From an uncultured Candidatus Saccharibacteria bacterium (GTDB lineage: Bacteria > Patescibacteriota > Minisyncoccia > Phycocordibacterales > UBA918): a DNA stretch of 64,000 bases. The notes under the pieces are model-generated. The model was not told where the DNA came from. It saw only the letters and a program-made list of their open reading frames with translations, and did not search any database. Within the stretch, counting starts at the first letter, position 1. Every line of letters begins with the position of its first letter. The stretch covers positions 158,636-222,635 of the forward strand of contig CAYGLK010000001.1 of NCBI GenBank assembly GCA_964350985.1. The letters are read 5' to 3'. Shown here one piece after another: positions 43,873 through 53,488 of the stretch. A program made the translations under genes and the position numbers.

Positions 43873-45591
43873 ATGAGAAAACAAATGGTTCTTCGGATAC
43901 GTATCATAACCGGCGCCATTTTGCTTTTGGTAATTTTGTTGATTGGTAGACTTTACCAAGTTCAGGTAATGAACAATGACCACTATACTGATTTGGCTGA
44001 AAGTCAGTATGTTTATACTAAACAAGATCTTTATTCCAGAGGTTCTATTTTTTTTACAACTAAAGAAGGAGAGAAGGTGTCAGCGGCCTCTATCCGGTCT
44101 GGTTTTGTTTTAGCTTTAAATCCAAAACTAATTAAAGACGCTAATAGTCTTTGTGAGCAGATCATTCCACATTTAGATATAAGCCAAGAAAAATGTATCG
44201 ACAGAGCGAGTTTAAGCGAAAGAACCTATGTTGAAGTCGCTACCACTCTATCTAAAGAGGCATCTGACGAAATAGATAAACTAGACTTAGATGGCGTTAG
44301 TTTGTATCGCAATCAATGGCGCTATTATCCTGGCGACAGTATGTCAGCTAGAAGTATTGGTTTTGTCGGCTATACGGACAAATCTGACAATGAACTTTAT
44401 GGAAAGTACGGCTTAGAAAGGTATTACGACTCAGTCCTAGTCAAAGAAAAAGAAGAAAGATCGGTTAACTTTTTTGCTGAGATTTTTAGTAATCTAGGTG
44501 ATTTGGTTTACCGCAAAGATAAGACATCACAAGGAGACATCATCACAACCATGGAACCGACAGTGGCGCGAATGTTGGACTCGGTCTTACTTGAGACAAA
44601 TGATAAATACGATTCAAAATTAACTGGCGCGATTATTATGAATCCGCAAAATGGGGAGATCTACGCCATGAATGCTGTCCCAGGATTTGATTTAAATGAT
44701 CGTGGCACTAGTACAGTAGAGCACTTTCAGAATCCAATGGTTGAAAACGTTTATGAGTTTGGTTCGACTATTAAGGCACTGACAGTGGCTGCTGGGCTAG
44801 ATAGTGGAGCTATCACTGCCAGATCAACTTACTACGACGCTGGTTTTATTACCTTAGATAAATTTACTATCAAGAACTATGATGGTCGGGGAAGAGGTAC
44901 AGTAGAAATGCAAGAGATCTTAAACCAATCTCTTAATACGGGAGTTTCTCATATTGTCCAAAAAATGGGCAAGGAAAAATTCCGTGATTATTTTCTTAAT
45001 TTAAAATTAGGGAGTGAAACTGGTATTGATTTACCAAACGAAGCTTATGGTCTAGTTGATAACCTTCAGTCTCCACGGGATGTTGAGTACGCCACTGCCT
45101 CTTTCGGACAGGGAATTGCCTTTACGCCAATCGCTGCAACTAGAGCATTGGCCACCTTAGGTAACGGGGGTTATTTAGTGACTCCACACTTAGTTAAAAA
45201 GATTGAGTATCAAGATGGAACTAGTAGGGATGTGTTGTATCCTAAAGGTAGTCAGGTATTTTCTGAAGAGACTAGTGAAGAAATATCGCGCATGTTAGTT
45301 GAGGTGGTGGACGACGCCCTAGGTGGTGGTAAGTTTGCTTTACCAAACCATACTATCGGAGCTAAGACAGGAACTGCTCAAATCTCTGACTCAGTCGGAG
45401 GAGGGTACTATGAAGATAAGTTCTTGCACTCATTTTTTGGCTATTTTCCTGCCTTTAATCCACAATTTATCGTCTTCATGTATACTGTAGAGCCACAGGG
45501 GGTAAAATATGCGTCAGAGACTTTAAGTGAGCCGTTTATGGATATTACTCGTTTCTTGATCAATTATTACTCAGTACCACCTGATAGATAA
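43873..45591 (+). CDS. ftsI: penicillin-binding protein, FtsI/PBP3-like (divisome transpeptidase)
   Basis: SxxK in FGSTIKAL, SxN in NQSLNTG, KTG in KTGTAQ; N-terminal TM. Confidence 0.8.
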   Translation: MRKQMVLRIRIITGAILLLVILLIGRLYQVQVMNNDHYTDLAESQYVYTKQDLYSRGSIFFTTKEGEKVSAASIRSGFVLALNPKLIKDANSLCEQIIPHLDISQEKCIDRASLSERTYVEVATTLSKEASDEIDKLDLDGVSLYRNQWRYYPGDSMSARSIGFVGYTDKSDNELYGKYGLERYYDSVLVKEKEERSVNFFAEIFSNLGDLVYRKDKTSQGDIITTMEPTVARMLDSVLLETNDKYDSKLTGAIIMNPQNGEIYAMNAVPGFDLNDRGTSTVEHFQNPMVENVYEFGSTIKALTVAAGLDSGAITARSTYYDAGFITLDKFTIKNYDGRGRGTVEMQEILNQSLNTGVSHIVQKMGKEKFRDYFLNLKLGSETGIDLPNEAYGLVDNLQSPRDVEYATASFGQGIAFTPIAATRALATLGNGGYLVTPHLVKKIEYQDGTSRDVLYPKGSQVFSEETSEEISRMLVEVVDDALGGGKFALPNHTIGAKTGTAQISDSVGGGYYEDKFLHSFFGYFPAFNPQFIVFMYTVEPQGVKYASETLSEPFMDITRFLINYYSVPPDR

Positions 45592-45594
45592 AAT

Positions 45595-46884
45595 ATGAAA
45601 AATCTTTTTAAGAAAATTGTTGTTTCTATCCTAAATTTTGAAGCTAAGATTTTATTGGCTCGACATAAGCCGAAGATTATCGCTATTACCGGAAGTGTCG
45701 GCAAAACTTCCATGAAAGATGCTATCTACAGTATCTTAAAAAAGCATTACCCAACTCGTAAGAGTGAAAAAAGTTTCAACTCTGATATTGGAGTCCCTTT
45801 AACTATTCTTGGTCTACCAAATGCGTGGAGTAATCCTCTCTTATGGATTAAGAATATTATTGATGGTTTTTTTACCGCTTTCTTTAGTCGTGAATATCCA
45901 ACTCACTTAATTCTAGAAACCGGTGTTGATCGCCCGGGGGACATGCAAAAGTTAGCTAAGTGGATTAAGCCAGAAATAGTGGTCTTGACTCGTTTTCCAG
46001 ACGTTCCAGTGCATGTTGAATTTTTTAGTACTCCAGAGGCTGTTGTTGAAGAAAAGATGGCTCTTGTTGGAGCTCTAAAACCAGACGGTGTTGTGGTCTA
46101 TAACAGCGACGATCAGATCATTCTTTCACAGTTACCAAACATAAGACAACAAGCAATAGGATATGGTCGTTACCTTAATTCTCATTTTAAAGCGACATCA
46201 GATAAGATTGTTTACCGTGACGATGTACCAACAGGAGTTGAGTTTTTAATAGAGCACATTGAAGAACAAGTACCCGTTAGAGTCCTTGGTGCTATCGGTG
46301 AACCGGTAGTTTATACCTGTGCTGGAGCAATAGCCGTAACAGTGCAGTGTGGTATCTCGCTTACAGATGCAGCAGAAGCTTTAAAAACACATGAACCCCC
46401 ACGTGGCCGGCTTCGAATCATAAGTGGCTTAAAAGGGAGTGTTATAATCGACGATACATACAACTCTTCACCAATTGCAGTAGCAAATGCGCTTTCAACC
46501 TTAGGTGAGATGAAATACGCCAAAAGAAAGATTGCTGTTTTAGGAGACATGTTAGAGCTGGGTCGGTTTTCTGCACGTGAGCATGAAAAGGCTGGAGAAT
46601 TAGCAGCTAAGAGTGTTGATGTGCTTTTTACTCTTGGCATCCGAGCCAGAAAAATTGCTGAAGCGGCTTTAGCTCACGGTATGGATGAAGCTAAAATTTT
46701 TCAGTATGAAGATGTAATGAAGGCCGGGAAAGAACTTCAAGTTTTTCTCAAGGCTGGAGATGTGGTTTTAGTAAAAGGCTCGCAAAGTATTAGAGCAGAG
46801 AAAGTAATCGAAGAGGTGATGGCTGAACCAGAACTGGCTTCTAGTCTACTGGTACGACAAGACAGAGCTTGGCAAAAACGTTAG
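45595..46884 (+). CDS. murF: UDP-N-acetylmuramoyl-tripeptide--D-alanyl-D-alanine ligase (Mur ligase)
   Basis: Mur ligase P-loop IIAITGSVGKTSMK; SFNSDIGVPLTILGL; the C-terminus DDTYNSSPIAVANAL is typical of MurF. Confidence 0.75.
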   Translation: MKNLFKKIVVSILNFEAKILLARHKPKIIAITGSVGKTSMKDAIYSILKKHYPTRKSEKSFNSDIGVPLTILGLPNAWSNPLLWIKNIIDGFFTAFFSREYPTHLILETGVDRPGDMQKLAKWIKPEIVVLTRFPDVPVHVEFFSTPEAVVEEKMALVGALKPDGVVVYNSDDQIILSQLPNIRQQAIGYGRYLNSHFKATSDKIVYRDDVPTGVEFLIEHIEEQVPVRVLGAIGEPVVYTCAGAIAVTVQCGISLTDAAEALKTHEPPRGRLRIISGLKGSVIIDDTYNSSPIAVANALSTLGEMKYAKRKIAVLGDMLELGRFSAREHEKAGELAAKSVDVLFTLGIRARKIAEAALAHGMDEAKIFQYEDVMKAGKELQVFLKAGDVVLVKGSQSIRAEKVIEEVMAEPELASSLLVRQDRAWQKR

Positions 46885-46894
46885 TCATATTTAA

Positions 46895-46948
46895 AAAAGC
46901 TCTGCTGAAAAAATAAATTTTGACAGCAGAGCTTTTCAGATTTATAAT
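46895..46948 (+). promoter_or_regulatory. Consensus sigma70 promoter TTGACA-17-TATAAT for grpE-dnaK-dnaJ, overlapped by a 13-bp inverted repeat (AAAAGCTCTGCTG-N16-CAGCAGAGCTTTT). The transcript would be nearly leaderless.
   Basis: -35 at 46920-46925 and -10 at 46943-46948; the grpE ATG is at 46955. The inverted repeat could double as the murF terminator and/or an operator. No CIRCE consensus is seen. Confidence 0.5.
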
Positions 46949-46954
46949 GCTGTC

Positions 46955-47554
46955 ATGGTGAATAAAAGCAATAAAGATACACATCAGGACGACGTAAATA
47001 TCACCACGGAAGACATTGAAATTACCGAACCTGATCTTGAAGAGGTTGAGGCAAAACAAGATTCATTTAACAATACCTTAAGAGACAAGCTTAAAGCTTG
47101 CGAAGCTGAAAAGCGGGAAATTTTAGAAGAAACCCAAAGAGCTAAAGCTGACTTTCTCAACGCTAGACGCAGACTGGAAGAAGAAAAGAAGCGAGAACGT
47201 GAAAAGACAACTGTAAAACATATCGAGGATCTTATACCTCTGTGTGACAGCTTTCATGTCGCTATGTCAAACAAAGAAGTTTGGGAGAAGGCTGACGAAA
47301 ACTGGCGTAAAGGAATCGAAGGAATTAATTCTCAGTTACAGAAAATTCTTTCAAACAATAAAGTTTTAGCTATTGATCCGATCGGAGAAAAATTTGATCC
47401 GCATCAACATGAAGCTCTATCTACAGTTAAAGCCAGCGAGGCAGAGAACGATAAGGTAATGACAGTAATTCAGATGGGTTACGTATTAAAGAGAGATGAC
47501 AACACCACAGAACTGATCAGGCCAGCACGAGTCATAATCGGAAGTCACGAATAA
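46955..47554 (+). CDS. grpE: nucleotide exchange factor GrpE
   Basis: Coiled-coil N-terminus and the C-terminal GYVLKRDDNTTELIRPARVIIGS pattern; located upstream of dnaK. Confidence 0.85.
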   Translation: MVNKSNKDTHQDDVNITTEDIEITEPDLEEVEAKQDSFNNTLRDKLKACEAEKREILEETQRAKADFLNARRRLEEEKKREREKTTVKHIEDLIPLCDSFHVAMSNKEVWEKADENWRKGIEGINSQLQKILSNNKVLAIDPIGEKFDPHQHEALSTVKASEAENDKVMTVIQMGYVLKRDDNTTELIRPARVIIGSHE

Positions 47555-47594
47555 AATTAGTATTGAAAACTTAAACATTGAATAAAAAATTATT

Positions 47595-49496
47595 ATGGCA
47601 AAAATTTTAGGAATTGACCTTGGAACAACAAACTCAGCAATCGCAATCATTGAAGCTGGGGAACCGACAATTATTGAAAACGCAGAAGGGAATCGAACTA
47701 CACCATCTATTGTAGCGATTTCTAAAACCAACGAGCGCCTAGCGGGACAAATCGCTAAGAGACAAGCTGTCACAAACCCAACCAACACTATCTACGGTAT
47801 CAAGCGCTTCATGGGACATACTTATGAAGAAGAAGCAGTCCAGAAAGATAAAGCGATTGTGCCTTATGAAGTAAAGAGAGGAGCTGATGGCGGGGCAGTG
47901 GTAGTTATGGGTGGAAAGGAATATCGTCCAGAAGAAGTTTCAGCGATGATCCTGTCTAAGCTTAAGGCAGATGCGGAAGCAAAGCTTGGTGAAAAAATCA
48001 CTGAAGCGGTTATTACTGTACCAGCGTACTTTAACGATACACAACGAAAGGCTACTCAAGACGCTGGTAAGATCGCTGGACTAACAGTTCGACGAATCAT
48101 CAATGAACCAACAGCAGCTGCGCTAGCTTACGGCTTTAATAAAAAGAAAGACGAAAAGATAGTAGTTTACGACTTTGGAGGTGGAACTTTTGATGTCTCA
48201 GTCCTTGAAGTAGGTGACGATGTTATCGAAGTACAGTCTACTGACGGAGACGCTCACATGGGAGGGCGTGACATTGACCAAGAAATCGTTCGCTTTTTGA
48301 TTGCAGAATTTAAAAAGAGTAGTGGTGTTGATCTAAGTAAAGACAAGCTAGCGCTACAACGTCTAGACGAAGCAGCTGAAAAAGCGAAGCATGATCTTTC
48401 TTCAACTCCAGAATCAGATATCAATATTCCATTTATCTCACAAGGAGCTGATGGCCCACTACACATGGATGTTAAACTTTCTCGCGCAAAGCTTGAAGAA
48501 ATTTCACATGAATACATTGATCGTTCTATCGAGATCACTAAAAGAGCTCTGGAAGCTTCTGGTATTAAAAAAGAAGATGTAGACGAGATTATTCTAGTCG
48601 GAGGTCAGACACGAATGCCAGCTATTCAGAAGGCTGTTAAAGATCTCTTTGGTAAGGAGCCAAACAAGAGTGTAAACCCTGACGAAGTAGTGGCTTTAGG
48701 AGCAGCTATTCAAGCTGGTATTTTCCAGGGAGATGTTCAAGATATTACTCTTGTAGATGTTATTCCACTTTCTCTTGGTATCGAAACTATGGGAGGAGTA
48801 AATACTAAGTTGATTGAAAAGAATACTCACATCCCAACAAAGAAGCAGCAAGTCTTTTCAACTGCTGCTGACAACCAAACTTCAACTGAAATTCACATCG
48901 TTCAAGGTGAGCGACCAATGTCAGTAGACAACAAGTCACTGGGTAAGTTTGTTCTAGATGGCATCCCACCAGCACCACGGGGCGTACCACAAGTAGAAGT
49001 TACTTTTGACGTTGATAGTAACGGAGTCTTAAATGTAACTGCTAAAGATAAATCGACTGGAAAAGAACAATCTATCCGTATTGAAGCAAGTTCAGGTTTA
49101 ACAGAAGAAGAGATTGAGCGAATGAAAAAAGAAGCTGAAGAACATGCTTCAGATGACGAAGCTAAGAAAGCTTTAATTGATTCTCGAAACATGGCTGAAC
49201 AATTAATCTACACTGCTGAAAAATCTCTAAAGGATCATGGAGAAAAAGTACCAGCTGAAACAAAAACTGAGATTGAAGGAAAGGTTTCAGCTCTGAAAGA
49301 AGCACGAGAGAAAGATGATAAGGCTGTTATCGACACTAAGACAGAAGAGCTTTCAGCTGCACTACAAAAAATCGGTGAGATTATGCAAAAAGAAGCTGAG
49401 GCAGCTAGTAAAGAAGCCGCTCCAGATCAGGCAACAGCTACTGACGCAGAAGTAAAAGAAGAAGAGAAGCCAAAAGACGCTGACGAGACAAAATAG
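47595..49496 (+). CDS. dnaK: chaperone DnaK (Hsp70)
   Basis: [18 protein letters not shown]..., [10 protein letters not shown] and other Hsp70 signatures throughout. Confidence 0.95.
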   Translation: MAKILGIDLGTTNSAIAIIEAGEPTIIENAEGNRTTPSIVAISKTNERLAGQIAKRQAVTNPTNTIYGIKRFMGHTYEEEAVQKDKAIVPYEVKRGADGGAVVVMGGKEYRPEEVSAMILSKLKADAEAKLGEKITEAVITVPAYFNDTQRKATQDAGKIAGLTVRRIINEPTAAALAYGFNKKKDEKIVVYDFGGGTFDVSVLEVGDDVIEVQSTDGDAHMGGRDIDQEIVRFLIAEFKKSSGVDLSKDKLALQRLDEAAEKAKHDLSSTPESDINIPFISQGADGPLHMDVKLSRAKLEEISHEYIDRSIEITKRALEASGIKKEDVDEIILVGGQTRMPAIQKAVKDLFGKEPNKSVNPDEVVALGAAIQAGIFQGDVQDITLVDVIPLSLGIETMGGVNTKLIEKNTHIPTKKQQVFSTAADNQTSTEIHIVQGERPMSVDNKSLGKFVLDGIPPAPRGVPQVEVTFDVDSNGVLNVTAKDKSTGKEQSIRIEASSGLTEEEIERMKKEAEEHASDDEAKKALIDSRNMAEQLIYTAEKSLKDHGEKVPAETKTEIEGKVSALKEAREKDDKAVIDTKTEELSAALQKIGEIMQKEAEAASKEAAPDQATATDAEVKEEEKPKDADETK

Positions 49497-49566
49497 GAAG
49501 CTGTTTTGCAGACACTGGCTATCTGTGCCATAATCGCCCGTATATTAAGATCTAAGCCACTGTACT

Positions 49567-50646
49567 ATGAATGACTACTACAAAGTTCTTGGACTACAAA
49601 AAGGAGCTTCAAAAGATGAAGTAAAGAAGGCTTTTCGTAAGCTGGCTGCTCAGTATCACCCAGATAAAAAGACTGGTGACGAAGCTAAATACAAAGAGAT
49701 AACAGAAGCTTATTCTGTCCTAGGTGACGATAAGAGAAAGGCTGAATACGATAGCTACGGACATGCTTTCAATGGGCAAGGAGGAGGTGGGGCAGCTGGA
49801 GGCTTCGGTGGCTTCAACTGGTCAGACTTTGCTCAGCAAGGTGGTTTTGGTAACGGACAAGGTTTTGAGTTTGATATCAATGATATCTTTCAGAATTTTG
49901 GTTTTGGAGGAGGACAGGCCAAGCAAGCACGTGGACGCGATATTTCAATTGAGATTAATCTAAACTTTAAAGAAGCTGTCTTTGGTGTAGCTCGAAAAGT
50001 TTTGATTACTAAGAATTCACTTTGTGATACTTGTAAAGGAACAGGAGGGAAACCTGAGAGTGGCACCACTGACTGTACTACTTGTAGTGGTAACGGAAAG
50101 ATCCGCGAGACTAGACAAAGTGTCATGGGAAGCTTTACAACTGTACGTGAATGTAATGTTTGTCACGGAAAAGGAAAAATACCAAAAGAGCGTTGTGCCA
50201 AATGTGCTGGAGCAGGTATTCTCCGAGCTCAAGAGGAAATTGAAGTTAAGGTTCCTGCTGGAATTGAAAATGGGGAAGTGATCCGTATGACAGGACGCGG
50301 AGAAGCGATGCCTAACGGACAGCCCGGAGATCTATATATTAAGATTCATGTAGAGGGACACCAGACAATCAAACGAGACGGTACGACTTTATTCACTACA
50401 CTACCAGTAAAGCTTACAGATGCGATGTTGGGCGGAGATTATTCAGTTGAAACTTTAGATGGACCAGTTCAGATTAAAGTACCAGCCGGGATCACTCACG
50501 GAGAATTACTCCGCATTCGAGAGAAAGGAGTACCGACAGAAAGAGGTCGTGGTGACTTTATGGTCAAAATCAATATTGAGATCCCAAAAAAGTTATCCAG
50601 AAAAGCAGAGAAATTAGTCGAAGAATTGAGGGAAGAGGGAATATAA
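49567..50646 (+). CDS. dnaJ: chaperone DnaJ
   Basis: J-domain ([31 protein letters not shown]), G/F region and four CxxCxGxG zinc-finger repeats. Confidence 0.9.
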   Translation: MNDYYKVLGLQKGASKDEVKKAFRKLAAQYHPDKKTGDEAKYKEITEAYSVLGDDKRKAEYDSYGHAFNGQGGGGAAGGFGGFNWSDFAQQGGFGNGQGFEFDINDIFQNFGFGGGQAKQARGRDISIEINLNFKEAVFGVARKVLITKNSLCDTCKGTGGKPESGTTDCTTCSGNGKIRETRQSVMGSFTTVRECNVCHGKGKIPKERCAKCAGAGILRAQEEIEVKVPAGIENGEVIRMTGRGEAMPNGQPGDLYIKIHVEGHQTIKRDGTTLFTTLPVKLTDAMLGGDYSVETLDGPVQIKVPAGITHGELLRIREKGVPTERGRGDFMVKINIEIPKKLSRKAEKLVEELREEGI

Positions 50647-50648
50647 TA

Positions 50649-50676
50649 GAAGGGCGGGCACAAGTGCCCGCCCTTC
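50649..50676 (+). terminator. GC hairpin after dnaJ; weak terminator with no clear U-tract
   Basis: aagggcgggcac-aa-gtgcccgccctt. Confidence 0.35.
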
Positions 50677-50686
50677 CTCGTATATC

Positions 50687-51172
50687 ATGGACACAGCTAC
50701 TATTCTTACATTTCTATCTGAGTCAGCTTACTTACTTATAGTTCTCGGAGTCTTCATGTTCTTGGCTTTACTGAAAGGGAGACAAGCCTTGATCAATATT
50801 ATTTGCGGTCTATACCTAGCGCTTTTGATTACAATCCAATTTCCATACTACGATGTCTTGCTTGGTAACATTTCCCAAACTTCAGTCTTGGCAGCAGTGA
50901 AGTTAATCTTTTTTGGTATCATCGCTTTCCTCAGTACTCTTCTATTCAAACGAATCATGCCCGACGAGTATCGTGAAGGGAAGTTTGAAAGTTTTGGTAA
51001 AAAGCTAATGCTCTCTACGGGAGCGACTATTTTAGTGATGATCTTTAGCTTTAATGTTCTACCAGTAACTGAGTTCCTAACTCCCGGCACCCCAATTCAG
51101 AACCTCTTTGCAGCTGAGCAATTCTACTTCTGGTGGCTGATGGTCCCGCTGGTGTTTTTGTATATAAATTAA
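50687..51172 (+). CDS. hypothetical polytopic membrane protein (161 aa)
   Basis: Four or five hydrophobic helices; no family recognised. Confidence 0.45.
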   Translation: MDTATILTFLSESAYLLIVLGVFMFLALLKGRQALINIICGLYLALLITIQFPYYDVLLGNISQTSVLAAVKLIFFGIIAFLSTLLFKRIMPDEYREGKFESFGKKLMLSTGATILVMIFSFNVLPVTEFLTPGTPIQNLFAAEQFYFWWLMVPLVFLYIN

Positions 51173-51307
51173 GATATACAGTTTTTTAGTTATAGTATTT
51201 AACATATTAAAATTTAAACTTGAATTATGTTAATATCACCTAGTGTTAATCAAAACTCCACAGATGTTACTAAAGGTAATGTAAAATAGGAGCAATATCT
51301 TATTCAT

Positions 51308-52123
51308 ATGAAATTTTCTGATCAATACAGCAACATAAGTGATGAGATTCTAATGATCCGAAAGAAAATTTTTACTCCATTAGATCAAGCTGTGGAGCAG
51401 ATCGCCATAAACCGAAGTCAGAGTAAAGTCTTGGAGAGTGTAAAAGACTTTTTAGATAATGACATACCGATCCATTTTGACAACGATGAGTTTGTTTTTT
51501 ATCTATCAAGGTTTATAGCGACGCCAAATTTGGAGCTTCTTAAAACACTTTCATTAATAAATTCTTACCCCAACAAGCTTGTGATAGGTGAAGATTTAGA
51601 CAGCATCTTTGTTAGTAATAATAAATTAAAAAAAGCTTTAGGTAAATTATCAGTGATCGCTAAGTCTACGAATAGAAAAGATGATATTTTAGAAAATTTC
51701 ACAATACTAGATTTCCATAATTCGAATGGGAAAAAGATCTCAACTTTAAAGAATAATCATGGTGAAAACTTAGTTAATTTTCACCATGATTTGTTTAAAC
51801 AAATTAATTTTAAGAATGAAATACGTATTTGTGACGAATCGAAATGGATCGACAGGAATTTTAGAGATGATATCTCAAAACAGTATGAACGTATGTTAGC
51901 CTTGCTATGTTACCACGGTATTATGTTTGAATCATATCCTACAGAAGAACACAATTTTCTAAAAACAATCGTTTATCCCGCCTTTATGAAAGTTTATGAA
52001 AAAACAGGAGTCAAACCTTTGATCGTAGAGCATATATCTGATGAAGAGGAATTAGATACAAATTGGAATGCTTATCCTATTGAATTGTATGAGACGATAA
52101 AAATTAAATCATTATTACTATGA
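51308..52123 (+). CDS. hypothetical protein (271 aa), AT-rich
   Basis: Track ORF; no family recognised. Confidence 0.45.
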   Translation: MKFSDQYSNISDEILMIRKKIFTPLDQAVEQIAINRSQSKVLESVKDFLDNDIPIHFDNDEFVFYLSRFIATPNLELLKTLSLINSYPNKLVIGEDLDSIFVSNNKLKKALGKLSVIAKSTNRKDDILENFTILDFHNSNGKKISTLKNNHGENLVNFHHDLFKQINFKNEIRICDESKWIDRNFRDDISKQYERMLALLCYHGIMFESYPTEEHNFLKTIVYPAFMKVYEKTGVKPLIVEHISDEEELDTNWNAYPIELYETIKIKSLLL

Positions 52124-53037
52124 GTTGGTTTCTGATAGCCCTGTTAGCTCCATTTTTATACTCAATTACTAACCATATTGATAAAGTTTTGCTTGAAAAG
52201 CATTTCAAGGAAGGTGGTGTTGGTACATTAATTCTATTTTCCTCACTCCTAACAGCAGTTGCTTTACCTGTCTTATATTTCATAGACCCCGCAGTTATAG
52301 ATGTCGGATTAATTAATGGACTTATATTGTTATTTGTCGGCTTTTTAAATATTTTAGTTCTATGGCTTTATTTAATTGCCTTAAAGGACGAAGAAGCCTC
52401 AATTATTGTTGTGTTTTACCAATTAGTTCCTGTAATCGCTCTTATTCTCGGTTATTTTATTTTAGGAGAAACTCTTACTGTAAGTGAACTTTTTGCAATG
52501 GCAGTTATTATTTTCGGAACGACGTTAGTGTCGTTTGAAATTGATGACGACAATAATTTTAAGTTACGCAAGCAAACAATCTACCTGATGACAGCGGCAT
52601 CATTTTTTTGGGCCGCCGAATCAGTTATTTTTAAGATGGTAGCACTTGAGGAAAATCTTTGGCGTTCCTTATTTTGGGAGCATGTTGCGATGACTGTAAT
52701 TGGTATCATTATATTTATTGCAGCCGCAAAATATCGAGAACATTTTATGCGAGCAATTAAACATAACTCACAAGCGGTTTTGTCATTAAATTTTGCAAAT
52801 GAGGGCATCTACATGATAGGGAATTGGATCAGCTCTTATGCGTACTTCTTGGCACCGATCGCCTTAATTCTTTTGACAGAATCTTTTCAACCAATATTTG
52901 TATTCATGATCGGTATTTTTATGACTGTTTTCTTTCCAAAAATTACTTCTGAAAAAATTATACTTAGGGACATCATCCAAAAGTTAGTAGCAATCTTAAT
53001 AACAGGAATTGGTACCTACTTACTTCTAGGATTCTAG
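52120..53037 (+). CDS. EamA-like drug/metabolite transporter (DMT superfamily), about 10 TM
   Basis: Duplicated 5-TM hydrophobic pattern; N-terminus MSWFLIALLAPFLYSITNHIDKVL. Confidence 0.5.
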   Translation: MSWFLIALLAPFLYSITNHIDKVLLEKHFKEGGVGTLILFSSLLTAVALPVLYFIDPAVIDVGLINGLILLFVGFLNILVLWLYLIALKDEEASIIVVFYQLVPVIALILGYFILGETLTVSELFAMAVIIFGTTLVSFEIDDDNNFKLRKQTIYLMTAASFFWAAESVIFKMVALEENLWRSLFWEHVAMTVIGIIIFIAAAKYREHFMRAIKHNSQAVLSLNFANEGIYMIGNWISSYAYFLAPIALILLTESFQPIFVFMIGIFMTVFFPKITSEKIILRDIIQKLVAILITGIGTYLLLGF

Positions 53038-53091
53038 TTTATTCACCTAAAGACACATTCCCTCCATCCCCTAGTGTTATAATTTAGCTAA

Positions 53092-53487
53092 ATGAAAAAA
53101 GATCCATCACTATTTAGCAGACACTTTTTAACTATCGTACTCGTTCCTTTTTTGATACTAGCTGTAGTGACTAGTTTTTATCGTTTTATGATCTTAGGTG
53201 ATTATGAAGTCACATATGAAGTTGAGTGCGATCCCTATGGTCAGAGTTGTTATGTTTGGTGTGAAGATGATGTGTGTGAAGAGCCTTTTTATTATAGTTA
53301 TGTATCCAGGTCAGCGAATGATGTTGAACAACTTTGTGGAGAAGATATAACTGATTGTGAGTTGGCGTCCGTGTGTACATCTACCGAATCGTCATGTCTT
53401 ATTACATATTGTGATGATGAGGAGTGTGACACACTGTCCCCCGAAGATGAGTCATTAGAAGAATTTAGTAGCGAAAATAATATCTAA
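53092..53487 (+). CDS. membrane-anchored Cys-rich acidic protein (131 aa, about 12 Cys)
   Basis: N-terminal TM helix, then CDPYGQSCYVWCEDDVCEEP...CGEDITDCELASVCTSTESSCLITYCDDEECD. It ends 1 nt before the histidine kinase gene. Confidence 0.45.
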   Translation: MKKDPSLFSRHFLTIVLVPFLILAVVTSFYRFMILGDYEVTYEVECDPYGQSCYVWCEDDVCEEPFYYSYVSRSANDVEQLCGEDITDCELASVCTSTESSCLITYCDDEECDTLSPEDESLEEFSSENNI

Positions 53488-53488
53488 T

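Noticed and set aside
47555-47594. CIRCE (HrcA) operator upstream of dnaK/grpE
   Set aside because: No TTAGCACTC-N9-GAGTGCTAA-like sequence was found upstream of grpE, dnaK or dnaJ. The only inverted repeat (46895-46936) has unrelated arms.
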